Shown here: piece after piece, positions 1 to 9,780 of the stretch
Numbering within the stretch: position 1 is the first letter of the stretch
Layout: each line of letters starts with the position of its first letter
Virus record (IMG/VR): IMGVR_UViG_3300006143_000275
From: a virus
Taxonomy: Duplodnaviria; Heunggongvirae; Uroviricota; Caudoviricetes
Strand: one strand, 5' to 3'
Length of the DNA stretch: 64,000 nt
Position numbers and translations under genes: made by a program
The notes under the pieces: model-generated
Told to the model about the DNA's origin: nothing
Database searches by the model: none
What the model saw: only the letters and a program-made list of their open reading frames with translations

Positions 1-198
1 GGTATGCGATTGACCCATGGAAATCGTATCCACAGGATATTCACAGCCAACGACCATCCCGCTCTCTTTTACCTTTTCGACATCAAACTTACTGCCATTG
101 TCAGGCCATACGAGTTTTGCTGTGACCATTCTTTCACCACCTTCAACATAGGCGCGCAATACAAAAGGGCGGGCTTACGCCCGCCCCGTTGCGCTGGA

Positions 199-1794
199 TC
201 AACTTTCGATTGTCTTGAAGAAGATATCGGTTCTGCGGTTCTGCTCTGCATCGGGACCATGCGGGTCAGCGACCATGTTGGAGTTACCATTGCCGACTAC
301 AATGATGCGATTAGCATCAATTCCGTTGGCAACAAGATAATTCTTCACGGTCTTTGCACGTTCCTCAGAGAGCTTAATGCCGCCCTCTGTGTTGTTCACA
401 GAGTTGATATTGCCTTCAATCTGAATAATCGTCCCATCCAAGGTGTTTGCGATCTCAACGAATTCATGGAGAATGGAATCAGTCTCCGCCGTATCCAGGA
501 ACTTTGCGGTATCGGCAACGAAGTTGACCGTTGCGCTCTTGGAGAGCAATGCGGCTGTCTCCTTTGCAATATCACGCTGCTCCTGAGTAATCTCAGAAAC
601 AACCTTGGTGGTAGTCTGCGTATAGTGGTCAGACAGAGCCTTTACATAGCTCATATCAAACAAAGTCGCGCCGAGGTTGCGATCCACACTTTCGCCAATA
701 CTCTCCCAGATGTCGCACATATCCGAATAAATCACGGGGCAATCATTCTCCAGAGAAGCAATGTTATCTGCGTATCCCATCATACCGGCATCGCCACACT
801 GGGAGAGAATATCCTCGTCAGAAGCGTCCGCAAACATGGGCATAACGCTGCGGATATAGTCAAATTCTGTGGTATACATGGTATCCGCCGCTTGGAAGAT
901 ACCATCTGCGAACTTGGAAACGACGTCAGGATGCGCTTCAGCGAAATCGCTTCTAAACACAATGCCATCCATAATCAGCTTGTTGGAGGAGGCTGTGGAG
1001 AACAGGATATGAGAATTGGTGCTGTCCGCCGCGTTTGACAGGAACGGCTGCCAGGTCGCGGCCACATCCAGCTTGCCTGCAAAGAACGCCTGACCGGTGG
1101 CCTCGGCATCGTCCATCAGAATCATATTCTTGATGATCTCCTGCTTTGTGGTGTCAGGCAGATCGGACTTATTGACAAACCACACAACCAGTGTCTGCGC
1201 CTCGCTGAACTTCGGTACGCCAACCTTAGCGTTGGCCAGATCCTCAATGGAGTTAATACCATTCAGAGCAATGATGCCATCACCGCCATCTGAATAGTTG
1301 GTGAAAACTGGCATCACAACATCCAGACCAGCCTCCTTGAACTTGCCGGACAGGAATGCGACACGATTTATAGTATAGCCGGCGGCATTCAGGTCGCCCT
1401 TGATCAGCGCGTTGCTGGAAGAATCAGCGTCATTGATGATGTTGATGTTGACCTTAATACCCAGATTGTCAAAAATTGAACCTGACTTTGTTGTCAAGCC
1501 GCCGTTAGCGTCAATAATCGGCTTCCAACCAATCCACTCGTCCAAGGAGAGGTTGATTGTCGCGTCGCCGGTGCCCGTATGTACTGGCGTTGTTTGATTG
1601 GGAGCAGTGGAAACGCCAGGCGTCTGCGTTGTGCTCGGCTTCGGCGTGTTGGTGTTGTCTGACTGTGACGTGCCGAACAATCCGGGGTCGCGCTCAGAGA
1701 GGTATTGATACCCGAAGAACCCGGCCGTCCCAAGGATGGCAACGATCAGGACGAAGATAACAACACGCCCAGCTTTTGTCAGTCTCAATTTCAT
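199..1794 (-). CDS. ABC transporter substrate-binding protein (NMT1/SsuA-like) with N-terminal TM anchor, Ser/Thr-rich linker and C-terminal OmpA-like domain
   Basis: 531-aa ORF; N-terminal hydrophobic helix; NMT1-like periplasmic binding core; C-terminal NYLVANGIDANRIIVVGNGNS...RRTDIFF resembles the OmpA C-terminal fold. Confidence 0.55.
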   Translation of the reverse strand: MKLRLTKAGRVVIFVLIVAILGTAGFFGYQYLSERDPGLFGTSQSDNTNTPKPSTTQTPGVSTAPNQTTPVHTGTGDATINLSLDEWIGWKPIIDANGGLTTKSGSIFDNLGIKVNINIINDADSSSNALIKGDLNAAGYTINRVAFLSGKFKEAGLDVVMPVFTNYSDGGDGIIALNGINSIEDLANAKVGVPKFSEAQTLVVWFVNKSDLPDTTKQEIIKNMILMDDAEATGQAFFAGKLDVAATWQPFLSNAADSTNSHILFSTASSNKLIMDGIVFRSDFAEAHPDVVSKFADGIFQAADTMYTTEFDYIRSVMPMFADASDEDILSQCGDAGMMGYADNIASLENDCPVIYSDMCDIWESIGESVDRNLGATLFDMSYVKALSDHYTQTTTKVVSEITQEQRDIAKETAALLSKSATVNFVADTAKFLDTAETDSILHEFVEIANTLDGTIIQIEGNINSVNNTEGGIKLSEERAKTVKNYLVANGIDANRIIVVGNGNSNMVADPHGPDAEQNRRTDIFFKTIES

Positions 1795-1797
1795 CGT

Positions 1798-2541
1798 TTA
1801 CTTTCCTCCATATTTCTTTTTGAGAGATTCGAGATACTCGTCTCCGCGCATCTGCGCGGCCTTCTGCTCAGCGCGGGCAATCTTGGTGGAAGCGCGGTTC
1901 TCATGGACAATTCGCGCACCATCAACCTCCTTCTGGAGATCCCTCGACTTGTCCATCACAGCGTCAAGCATTCTGGACGTTGCGGTGTCCTTGCGGAGTT
2001 CGTCCAAGTCGCCAAGGAGATCCTTAAGCTGGCCGTTCATCTGGAGCTTTGCAACCGTCTCCTTCTTGACCCGCTTCAGATCTGTGAGCTTCTTCCCACA
2101 CGCAGCGTAGATTTGCCGTGCGTCTGCAACCATAGGTTTCAGCTTCTCTGCGCACTCCTTCTTCCGCTCGATCTCCGAAAGGATTTCGCTCCTTCGAGCG
2201 GAATAGACCTCCGCATCACTGTACTGCCCGCTTTTTACCAGACGCTCGCAGTTTGCCTCCACATCTCGCAGCTCCTTTGTGAGCCTTGCAATCGAATCCT
2301 CTGTACTTTTCAGCTCGCCAGACAGCTTATTGAATGTGGAAGCGGCTTTGTTGTAGTTGTTCTGGGCTTCTTGAATGGCCTGATTGAACACAGCTTCGGC
2401 GCCCTCCGGCGTCTTTGCCGCGTCCTCGACAAACACGTTCAGGAACCCGCCCACCAGAACCTTGATTTTCTTGCGAAACTCAGGGAAGATGAGCAAGGCC
2501 AGAAGAATAATCCCGAGAACAATGCCTAAGATCAGCTTCAT
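1798..2541 (-). CDS. PspA/IM30-like coiled-coil membrane-associated protein
   Basis: 247 aa; N-terminal TM helix followed by a long heptad-rich coiled coil resembling PspA. Confidence 0.4.
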   Translation of the reverse strand: MKLILGIVLGIILLALLIFPEFRKKIKVLVGGFLNVFVEDAAKTPEGAEAVFNQAIQEAQNNYNKAASTFNKLSGELKSTEDSIARLTKELRDVEANCERLVKSGQYSDAEVYSARRSEILSEIERKKECAEKLKPMVADARQIYAACGKKLTDLKRVKKETVAKLQMNGQLKDLLGDLDELRKDTATSRMLDAVMDKSRDLQKEVDGARIVHENRASTKIARAEQKAAQMRGDEYLESLKKKYGGK

Positions 2542-3080
2542 TTGGTTTCCTCCATTCCATTACAAAATTCCACCAGACCGTCAATGACGCTGATCTCGTC
2601 AGAAACGGACTGTTTGGTGGCGTTGATAATTTCCTCGGCCTCCCTGATCTTAATATTCGCGGCCTCAATCGCCTGCTTGAGAGACTCGATGTCCGCATTG
2701 GCCTCGGAGATTTCGGCGTTGCGCTCGCCGACGATTTTGTCACGCGCCGCAGTCAGGGTCTCAATACGCTTTGCGGCGTCGTCCAAAAGATCCTGAACGG
2801 ACTTTCCAGACACCTGGAGAATGCCAGACACAGTTGCCTGCTTCTTGGCGGTCGTCATTTCAGACGGCAGCGTGGCAATGAGCGCCTGGACAGTGAAGAT
2901 AGAGTTGCTCTTATCGCTCAGATCGTTCTGGGCATAAATGTCGCTTACCACGCTCTCTGGAGAACTCACCTCCGCGTCAACATCCGGCAGGTCGCTATCG
3001 ACATTGACAGGCGCTTGATATGTGCTGTCCAGCACCGGAGCTTCGCGCTCAACAAGCCCAATTTTTTCAAATAAATTCAT
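2538..3080 (-). CDS. hypothetical coiled-coil protein
   Basis: 180-aa ORF in operon with the ABC transporter genes; overlapping stops/starts. Confidence 0.35.
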   Translation of the reverse strand: MNLFEKIGLVEREAPVLDSTYQAPVNVDSDLPDVDAEVSSPESVVSDIYAQNDLSDKSNSIFTVQALIATLPSEMTTAKKQATVSGILQVSGKSVQDLLDDAAKRIETLTAARDKIVGERNAEISEANADIESLKQAIEAANIKIREAEEIINATKQSVSDEISVIDGLVEFCNGMEETK

Positions 3081-3733
3081 GTTTCTCCTCCAAGTTTTAT
3101 AATTTTGTCACACATTTTTCGCGCTTCGTCCTCGCTGTGCGTAACCATCACGACGGTGCTGTTTGTTTCCTGATGAATGTCCATAATCAAACGCTGCATC
3201 TTCGCTCTGGTCGCATCATCCAGCGCGGACAGTGGCTCGTCCATAAGCAGATACCGAGGCCGGACAAACAGAACCCTTGCTAACGAAAGGCGCTGCTGCA
3301 TTCCACCGGACAGTTCTGTTGGATACCAATCCATATACTCGCTGAGTCCAACCTGCTCCAAGATTGCCTCTGCAACCGGCTTTAGCTCTTTTCTTTTTCG
3401 CCTCTGCCGTACTGCTATCAGAACATTGTCGATACATGTCAGCCAGTTGAAATTTGTATACCGCTGGTGCATCATATAGATGCCTTTGTCATCGTCAAAT
3501 TGAACGGAACCAGAAAGTGGCTTTATCATTTTGGACACTGTTTTCAGAAGTGTACTTTTGCCGCAACCAGACTTGCCAAGAATACCGTACACGAGGCCAT
3601 CCTCAAACGTCATGCTGATTGGCTCCATTAGAGGCTTTTGATAGCCGATTACCAAATCATTCAAGATTATCATCCAAGTACCTCCATCTGAACACGCGGT
3701 GGATAACCTTGTTCCCGATTTTGTCAAACACAT
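3077..3733 (-). CDS. ABC transporter ATP-binding protein (NitT/TauT-like)
   Basis: Walker A GILGKSGCGKST, ABC signature LSGGMQQRLSLAR, Walker B LLMDEP. Confidence 0.8.
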   Translation of the reverse strand: MCLTKSGTRLSTACSDGGTWMIILNDLVIGYQKPLMEPISMTFEDGLVYGILGKSGCGKSTLLKTVSKMIKPLSGSVQFDDDKGIYMMHQRYTNFNWLTCIDNVLIAVRQRRKRKELKPVAEAILEQVGLSEYMDWYPTELSGGMQQRLSLARVLFVRPRYLLMDEPLSALDDATRAKMQRLIMDIHQETNSTVVMVTHSEDEARKMCDKIIKLGGET

Positions 3734-4400
3734 AGCTGAACAGTACGATCACAATGATTGCAGCAAACACGATTGTCGTTTTACCTCTTGCGGCTCCTAC
3801 ATTTATAATGAATCCAAGACCTCTCTTGGCGTTTGTCGCTTCAACCACAGCAACGTACGTCCATCCGATTCCATACATCATCAGGAAGGAACTCATAATA
3901 GATGGGAGTGCGGCTGGCAGGAGAATTTCCGTAATGATTTCATGCTGGCGCATTCCAATGGACTTCCCTGTATCAATCAAATCCTGTGGAACATCCTCCA
4001 AGCACATGACCGTAGACGGCAGGACATATACGAAGGTGGCCAAAAATAAAAACGAGACCTTCATTGTCTCGTCAATTCCGAACCACAAAATCAGCAGAGG
4101 AGAGAACGCGGTTACAGGTATGTACCGCATGGCAGACACCACTGGCGACACCATGTCTTTCAAGAACTTTACTGAGCAGATCAGCAAGGCGAGCGGAACC
4201 GCTGTTGCCATAGAAAGTAAAGATGCCGCTGTGATTCTGGTAAGAGAATACAGCAGGCCCGGAATGAGCTGCCCTGTTCCGTACAAACCAACCAGTGCTT
4301 TCCATACAGATAGCGGAGACGGAACAAAGAGTGGGATTGTTACCATTGATCCGATCTGCCATACTGCCAAAAGGAGAAGTAATCCGAGGACCTTTTTCAT
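3657..4400 (-). CDS. ABC transporter permease (SsuC/TauC-like)
   Basis: Multi-TM ORF; likely start at the internal MKKVLGLLLLLA (codon 19 of the listed ORF) to avoid overlap with the ATPase gene. Confidence 0.65.
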   Translation of the reverse strand: MKKVLGLLLLLAVWQIGSMVTIPLFVPSPLSVWKALVGLYGTGQLIPGLLYSLTRITAASLLSMATAVPLALLICSVKFLKDMVSPVVSAMRYIPVTAFSPLLILWFGIDETMKVSFLFLATFVYVLPSTVMCLEDVPQDLIDTGKSIGMRQHEIITEILLPAALPSIMSSFLMMYGIGWTYVAVVEATNAKRGLGFIINVGAARGKTTIVFAAIIVIVLFSYVFDKIGNKVIHRVFRWRYLDDNLE

Positions 4401-4407
4401 GATGCAC

Positions 4408-4989
4408 CTACTCGATCCAACACCATATGGTTTCATCATCAATCCGGATGCCATCCGGATTGTCTCGAATTATCTTCGCCAGCTTATCACATTTCCACAA
4501 GGGGTATGGCTCGGTAATATCAATCCCTACATCATCCATATAGGGAAGCTTCGCGGCATCCCCAGGCTCACGGTATTCTTCATATTCCTCATTACTCTCA
4601 ACCCACACGACATCGAAAAGGAACTTCTCTGTGCTGATATCGACAGTAACGCGGCCTTCCTCCCATCTTCGCGTATCCTCAATGCCTTCTGGAGTAACAG
4701 AGAGCAGTCCCTCGTTTCTATCAACTGCATCGCGGAACTTGATACCATCAAATTTGCCGCTTTTGTCCATACGGATTCTGCTCTTTTCCTCGTCATCGAC
4801 ACCAGCTCCAGTAGCCTGCAGGATTTCGACCGCAACGCGCAGAGGATTGATCTCAGTCCTGTTTTTATAGGCTTCGATGACATTCTCCAGTATTCCGAGC
4901 GAGGAGCTTGTGTAGGCAGACCAGTGATAGTATGCGTTGGCGAGCACTTCGCCGTCATAGCATACCTCAAAGTTCAACCGCTGACCCAT
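4408..4989 (-). CDS. hypothetical protein
   Basis: 193-aa ORF, acidic, no recognised motif. Confidence 0.35.
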   Translation of the reverse strand: MGQRLNFEVCYDGEVLANAYYHWSAYTSSSLGILENVIEAYKNRTEINPLRVAVEILQATGAGVDDEEKSRIRMDKSGKFDGIKFRDAVDRNEGLLSVTPEGIEDTRRWEEGRVTVDISTEKFLFDVVWVESNEEYEEYREPGDAAKLPYMDDVGIDITEPYPLWKCDKLAKIIRDNPDGIRIDDETIWCWIE

Positions 4990-5006
4990 ACTGTATCCCT
5001 CCCGTC

Positions 5007-5447
5007 TTATGTATATAGATGGTACTTTTTACTGATAGAGTGCGCTGTCTCATCTGGCAGAGGAGCAAACCAGATGCCGGTAAGAGTCGTCCCATCGTCT
5101 TCCTCTGGCGTCAGTTCTGTCAGACACTTATCATAAATCAGCCCGAACCCCACCCCTTCGACCAGACCAAGTTCCTCTGCAACGGTCTTCGCCTTCAACA
5201 GGTGACTTTTGTTTCTGGCCTCACAGATGGTCTTGACAAACGAGCCACAGACATAATCCTCAAAAATTTCCTTATCCACATGAACGGAGCAAGTAACAAA
5301 ATCCATTCCGTCATGTGTGATTTTTCGCCTGAGAAGATGCGTCCAATAGGCTTCAGCACAATGCGATACCTGTGCAGCCAGCTTGCCTGGAGACATGGCA
5401 AGGTCTTTTCGCATAATAAACAGACGTCTGTATCCCATTGGCTTCAC
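5007..5447 (-). CDS. peptidyl-tRNA hydrolase PTH2-like protein
   Basis: MRKDLAMSPGKLAAQVSHCA matches the PTH2 family GK(I/L)AAQxxHA motif; true start probably the internal Met near 5414. Confidence 0.5.
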   Translation of the reverse strand: MKPMGYRRLFIMRKDLAMSPGKLAAQVSHCAEAYWTHLLRRKITHDGMDFVTCSVHVDKEIFEDYVCGSFVKTICEARNKSHLLKAKTVAEELGLVEGVGFGLIYDKCLTELTPEEDDGTTLTGIWFAPLPDETAHSISKKYHLYT

Positions 5448-5951
5448 CTAATTTCTTGATTTCTTGGAACTATGGATTTCTGTGACCTTACCGTTTGCAT
5501 AGTAAATCCTTGCGTCCGGCGTTGTCCAACCGTACTCGTCAGCAAGAAATTGCGCATATTCCTCAATATCAGCAAAACAAATGCTGCCAGTGGCATATAC
5601 ACTACGGTAGAAAATCTTATTCTCAAGCGCTGGCGCGCTGACAACCTGGAACTTTCCATAACGTTTGTTCCATTCTGCAATAGCACTGTCGCGGTCTTCG
5701 CTGCTGGCGCTCACACTGTACCCATTTGTGGCGAATTCCAGAAGATTGATTTCATCCGCATACGGAGTCCAGCGATCTCCGCAGCACGGACAATCAATTC
5801 CATCCGTAACGCCGTTCCAGTAGCATCCAAGATCTTCTGCCTTGGCGATTGCCTCCTCCTCGCTGTTCGCTTCGATGAACAACCGATGACAGACATTATC
5901 GTCCACAATGAACGAACCACCAGAGTTGTTCTGATCAAATTCATAAAACAC
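5448..5951 (-). CDS. hypothetical protein with CxxC pair
   Basis: 167-aa ORF. Confidence 0.35.
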   Translation of the reverse strand: MFYEFDQNNSGGSFIVDDNVCHRLFIEANSEEEAIAKAEDLGCYWNGVTDGIDCPCCGDRWTPYADEINLLEFATNGYSVSASSEDRDSAIAEWNKRYGKFQVVSAPALENKIFYRSVYATGSICFADIEEYAQFLADEYGWTTPDARIYYANGKVTEIHSSKKSRN

Positions 5952-5962
5952 GATCTCACCTC

Positions 5963-6421
5963 TCAGTCATACCAGCACCGTACCCCATCATCACTGATAT
6001 CGAACTCATCAGCGAAACGGAACATCATAGCAAAGTCAATAATATCCTGCTGACTTGGCGCCGTTTTCTTCCCAACACCCTCAAAAGTAATTCTGAAATC
6101 GTTCCTGTCTGGGCCAATACAGTAACCGTGAACATACCATCCGTCTGTCTCCCGCTTGCGGAGAAACTCAATAATTTCTCCGGCAGTAGGGGAGTCATTC
6201 TGGGAGTCTCTCTTATCAATAACACCAACTTCCTCAAGCTGGTCGATTTGAGAAATCGTAAGTTCGTGGAAACGTCTCAGCCCGCCGCCATATTTCTCGG
6301 ATTTGTAGTCCTCACCAAAAACAATCTGGTCGCGCTGGTCGGCAAGGCTTAATCTGAAAATATCCAACATATGTATGACCTCCTTAATACCACTCCCAGT
6401 AGACAAGCGCAGAAGTCTCAC
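5963..6421 (-). CDS. hypothetical protein
   Basis: ORF in a co-directional gene string. Confidence 0.3.
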   Translation of the reverse strand: MRLLRLSTGSGIKEVIHMLDIFRLSLADQRDQIVFGEDYKSEKYGGGLRRFHELTISQIDQLEEVGVIDKRDSQNDSPTAGEIIEFLRKRETDGWYVHGYCIGPDRNDFRITFEGVGKKTAPSQQDIIDFAMMFRFADEFDISDDGVRCWYD

Positions 6422-6956
6422 TTGGCGCCTCTACAAGAATGTTGTCTTCCGGGAATTCCTTATTGAAAGCCGCAATCTGCTGTTCGTTCAGCACATAGTA
6501 ACCTGTATTCTCAACGGGTTCCGGGATGTTTTTGTGGAACCAGTCTTGAATGTCGTACGCCTTACGCCAGTAACATACCTCATCCCGGTCGCACACATAG
6601 CAGGTTTCCTCGCGGTCAATGGTGTATTTGCTCTCAATCAGCTCATCTGGGATGGTCACATGTTCGCTCGCGCCGTTTTTCTTTCCATAGATGCTTGTGG
6701 CGGAGGAACCGTTGCTGTCGCAACTCCAACCTCCGATATGAGCATCTTCCAGCCCGTAGTCCTCTCCGATCTTCTTCAAATCGTAGTAATGGTTGACAAC
6801 TCGGACTTCCACGCAGTACGGTGCAAGCTGCCGGTACATTGGAGACACGATGTCCTCACTGCTAAGTACAATGCCATCAAGCTCATCTCTGTCATACACT
6901 TTCCCTTTGTCGATAGCCGGTTTTTGGATACGAAACACATTCATATCAAGTCCCAC
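6384..6956 (-). CDS. hypothetical protein
   Basis: 190-aa ORF. Confidence 0.3.
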   Translation of the reverse strand: MGLDMNVFRIQKPAIDKGKVYDRDELDGIVLSSEDIVSPMYRQLAPYCVEVRVVNHYYDLKKIGEDYGLEDAHIGGWSCDSNGSSATSIYGKKNGASEHVTIPDELIESKYTIDREETCYVCDRDEVCYWRKAYDIQDWFHKNIPEPVENTGYYVLNEQQIAAFNKEFPEDNILVEAPSETSALVYWEWY

Positions 6957-7521
6957 GATGATTCCTCCCTTTCGTATTTGTGCGAAAAAAATACCCGAAC
7001 CGCCATGGATTTGGTAGTCCGGGTGCTGTTTCTTATGTTCGGCTGTCTTGTTCAGAGTCAGGGTTTCCTAATTCATTTCAACCAATTTCTTTGCTCATAC
7101 GAGTAAAATTATCTGAAGAGGACGGGTACATCCTCATTATAGAATTGCGTTTTCAAGACGCAGCAATCAAAGATTTTAATTAGAACGGCGTATATGGAGG
7201 CGTGTATCGTGCTCCGCAATGTTCGAGTTGGTGAGTTTTCGAGTAGATGCTTAGAACGCCGTAACGATTTGCGTCAAAAAAAGTACGATGAACAGGTAAC
7301 GCCTACTTTCTTGATATGGATTATCAGTCCACATTTATATATTTCAAGTCCAGACCATTACCTTAAAATGGCGGAATCTTCCTGTTTTTGAAAGATTTCA
7401 TTTGAGTTCTATGGCGCACTCAATTCGCCCCGCAGCACTACACTTCGTCTGTGGCTGAAGCGGTTGAAATTTCATATTCCACTCTGACCCTGAACGAGAC
7501 AGCCGAATGGCTGTCTCATGT

Positions 7522-8160
7522 TTACTCCGCAGGGTGGGCTGCTTCGATAAACTGTGCTACGATATCCTCGAAGGAGTCGTTGACACTGTATTCGGGATCG
7601 TATTCGACAACCAGTTCCACCATCAGCTTGTCGATACTGGTGGAAACCTCGTCAGACTTTGCAACCATGGCACGGCTCGCGTCTCTGACCTTGTTCCGGT
7701 CAAAGTCGATGGTCGTAACCTGCTTGACATCGTAGTTGTACGGGACCTGATTGCCCTCGCCGTTGAACTTGTAGGCGGTTCCACGGATAACGCTCTCGGA
7801 GGGACGCGCCTTGCTCATGTCGGCAAGGACTCCAGCCACCTTTTGGCGAGTTCGATTATTGGCCAGTTCCGCGTCAATGTCGATATCGCTGGTACGCTTT
7901 GCTGCGCTGATGGCGGCCGTGAGCTTCTCCTTCTCCTTCATCAGATGCTCAAGGAAACTCACCAGTTGATTGTTGGTACAGTCGAACGGACGATCAACGA
8001 CCACCTCGACCGTCTCGTCCTCCGCCTCGTGATTTGCCTTCTTACGCAGATGCACCTGCGTCGTCTTTGTGATGTAGTTGCGGTTGCCCAGATACATTGT
8101 GGTGCGGTCAACCATCCGGCTCAGAAAATTCTGATACCGAAAAGCTTCTTTCAGATACAT
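7522..8160 (-). CDS. hypothetical protein
   Basis: 212-aa ORF. Confidence 0.3.
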   Translation of the reverse strand: MYLKEAFRYQNFLSRMVDRTTMYLGNRNYITKTTQVHLRKKANHEAEDETVEVVVDRPFDCTNNQLVSFLEHLMKEKEKLTAAISAAKRTSDIDIDAELANNRTRQKVAGVLADMSKARPSESVIRGTAYKFNGEGNQVPYNYDVKQVTTIDFDRNKVRDASRAMVAKSDEVSTSIDKLMVELVVEYDPEYSVNDSFEDIVAQFIEAAHPAE

Positions 8161-8164
8161 CCTT

Positions 8165-8485
8165 TTATTCCTCCTCTGTTGTTGGCTGATATAGACCCAT
8201 GCGGATCTCGCTCAACTTGTAATATTCAACCAGCCCGTTGTAGGACTGCACCCCGATTTCATCCGGGTCGGCAACGGTTTGGAAACCTACTAGGAAATCG
8301 CCGTTACCCAGAGGGACGCACTCAATAACGAAGCCATAGTTTGCGCTTGAATCCTCGAACATACTCTCATCCATGAAAGCCTGCTGCTGTTCATATGGCG
8401 TATACACCTTCCGGTACACCCAGAATCGAAAGATGTCGTTCTGGTGAGATCGAAAGAAATCAGATACGGACTGAAATTCAACCAT
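8165..8485 (-). CDS. hypothetical protein
   Basis: 106-aa ORF. Confidence 0.3.
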   Translation of the reverse strand: MVEFQSVSDFFRSHQNDIFRFWVYRKVYTPYEQQQAFMDESMFEDSSANYGFVIECVPLGNGDFLVGFQTVADPDEIGVQSYNGLVEYYKLSEIRMGLYQPTTEEE

Positions 8486-8927
8486 CCTGCTCTATCCTCC
8501 AATCTTTGTACGGTTCCACGCAACGCCGCAGCTCTTCCTCTATGACCATCTGATGAAACCGCATCCATAAAGGCTCGTCGATATTCTTGTCTCCGTAACC
8601 ACCTCTATACTTTTGGTCGGTTATATCCTGGTCAAGCACGTAAAGCGTTTTCTTGGTCACATGTGGAAGGAAGGGAATGATGAAGTCGATCACAACACCA
8701 GGCATGTATGTCTGGCGGCCGATGGCATACCGAACAGCGCAGTTGAGAATGCAGCCAAAGTTATCATTGTCTGCCCTAATATGCGGAACCATTGGTTTCT
8801 TTGGTGTACTCACAGCTTTATCCCCGTCTGCTTTGGTTTTCGTGCGGCGAGTGCTTTCTGCACACGCTTCTCGCGTACTTCTGGGTTCCAACCGCACTTG
8901 TAGCAGGGTCGAAACTCCCCGGAGCAC
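8478..8927 (-). CDS. hypothetical protein
   Basis: 149-aa ORF, probable internal start. Confidence 0.3.
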   Translation of the reverse strand: MLRGVSTLLQVRLEPRSTREACAESTRRTKTKADGDKAVSTPKKPMVPHIRADNDNFGCILNCAVRYAIGRQTYMPGVVIDFIIPFLPHVTKKTLYVLDQDITDQKYRGGYGDKNIDEPLWMRFHQMVIEEELRRCVEPYKDWRIEQDG

Positions 8928-8964
8928 TCAATCATCTTGTTATGTACGCAGTTATTTGATTCCT

Positions 8965-9294
8965 TCATTCATCTACCTCCTCAAACAAGATACAATCCCG
9001 GACAATTCTGCGTTCCCAACTGAGGTCATCAAATGTTGGCCATCTTTTCCAATCGTACTGATCCGTACAGTCGCCGGTTATGTCATAGATATGGCCATCA
9101 ATCCGGCATCCGAAATGGTTGACAGGAGCATCATAGACGATTGCTACATTAGCATCCCACTCATACTGCTTGAAACGTTCGTATAAAATCTTGGCGAACC
9201 AATAGCACGCTCCGCAAGTGAAGATTTTGATGACCTCCTGATACTTCCCGTCGTTGGTAAAGCGAGAAATAAAAGACAAGACCTTTTGTTCCAT
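8965..9294 (-). CDS. hypothetical protein
   Basis: 109-aa ORF. Confidence 0.3.
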   Translation of the reverse strand: MEQKVLSFISRFTNDGKYQEVIKIFTCGACYWFAKILYERFKQYEWDANVAIVYDAPVNHFGCRIDGHIYDITGDCTDQYDWKRWPTFDDLSWERRIVRDCILFEEVDE

Positions 9295-9776
9295 CAGAAG
9301 TGATAGTCAACAACGCCGCCCAAATAGTACGTCCCCAGCGGCTCTACCGTGCGCATCCACTGCTGCATTGTATACAGTTCATCTTCATTCCACACATAAA
9401 AGCCGAATTGATCACTGTACGATTTTTTCAGGTCGTACATAGCCGAGTCAAGGCCGCAACAGACGGTTGATTTTGCAACAAATTGATTGAAGTCAATTTT
9501 TGACAGAGCATCGACCGCCTTCTTAAACTTCTCAAAATATTCGTCAAAGTAGTCGCCAATATCAATTTTGAATGTGAGCGTATCGCCGTCTCTGGTACAC
9601 ACCCGGCCGAAACTCGTACTCATCAACCATTCAAGTTCTTCATTGCGGTTCTCGTCGCTAACATCGGAAACATAATCAGCGATGGAACCAGTGAACCACT
9701 CTGGAATAGAATCTGCGCAGATGCGGTCTTCTACATCGACTGGCAAGCTCTCAATTTGAAAAATTCTGCTGTGCAT
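9294..9776 (-). CDS. hypothetical protein
   Basis: 160-aa ORF. Confidence 0.3.
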   Translation of the reverse strand: MHSRIFQIESLPVDVEDRICADSIPEWFTGSIADYVSDVSDENRNEELEWLMSTSFGRVCTRDGDTLTFKIDIGDYFDEYFEKFKKAVDALSKIDFNQFVAKSTVCCGLDSAMYDLKKSYSDQFGFYVWNEDELYTMQQWMRTVEPLGTYYLGGVVDYHF

Positions 9777-9780
9777 CGTA

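Noticed and set aside
4-1038. 344-aa plus-strand ORF
   Set aside because: Lies antisense to the substrate-binding-protein gene and has low-complexity composition. The minus-strand gene has recognisable domains.
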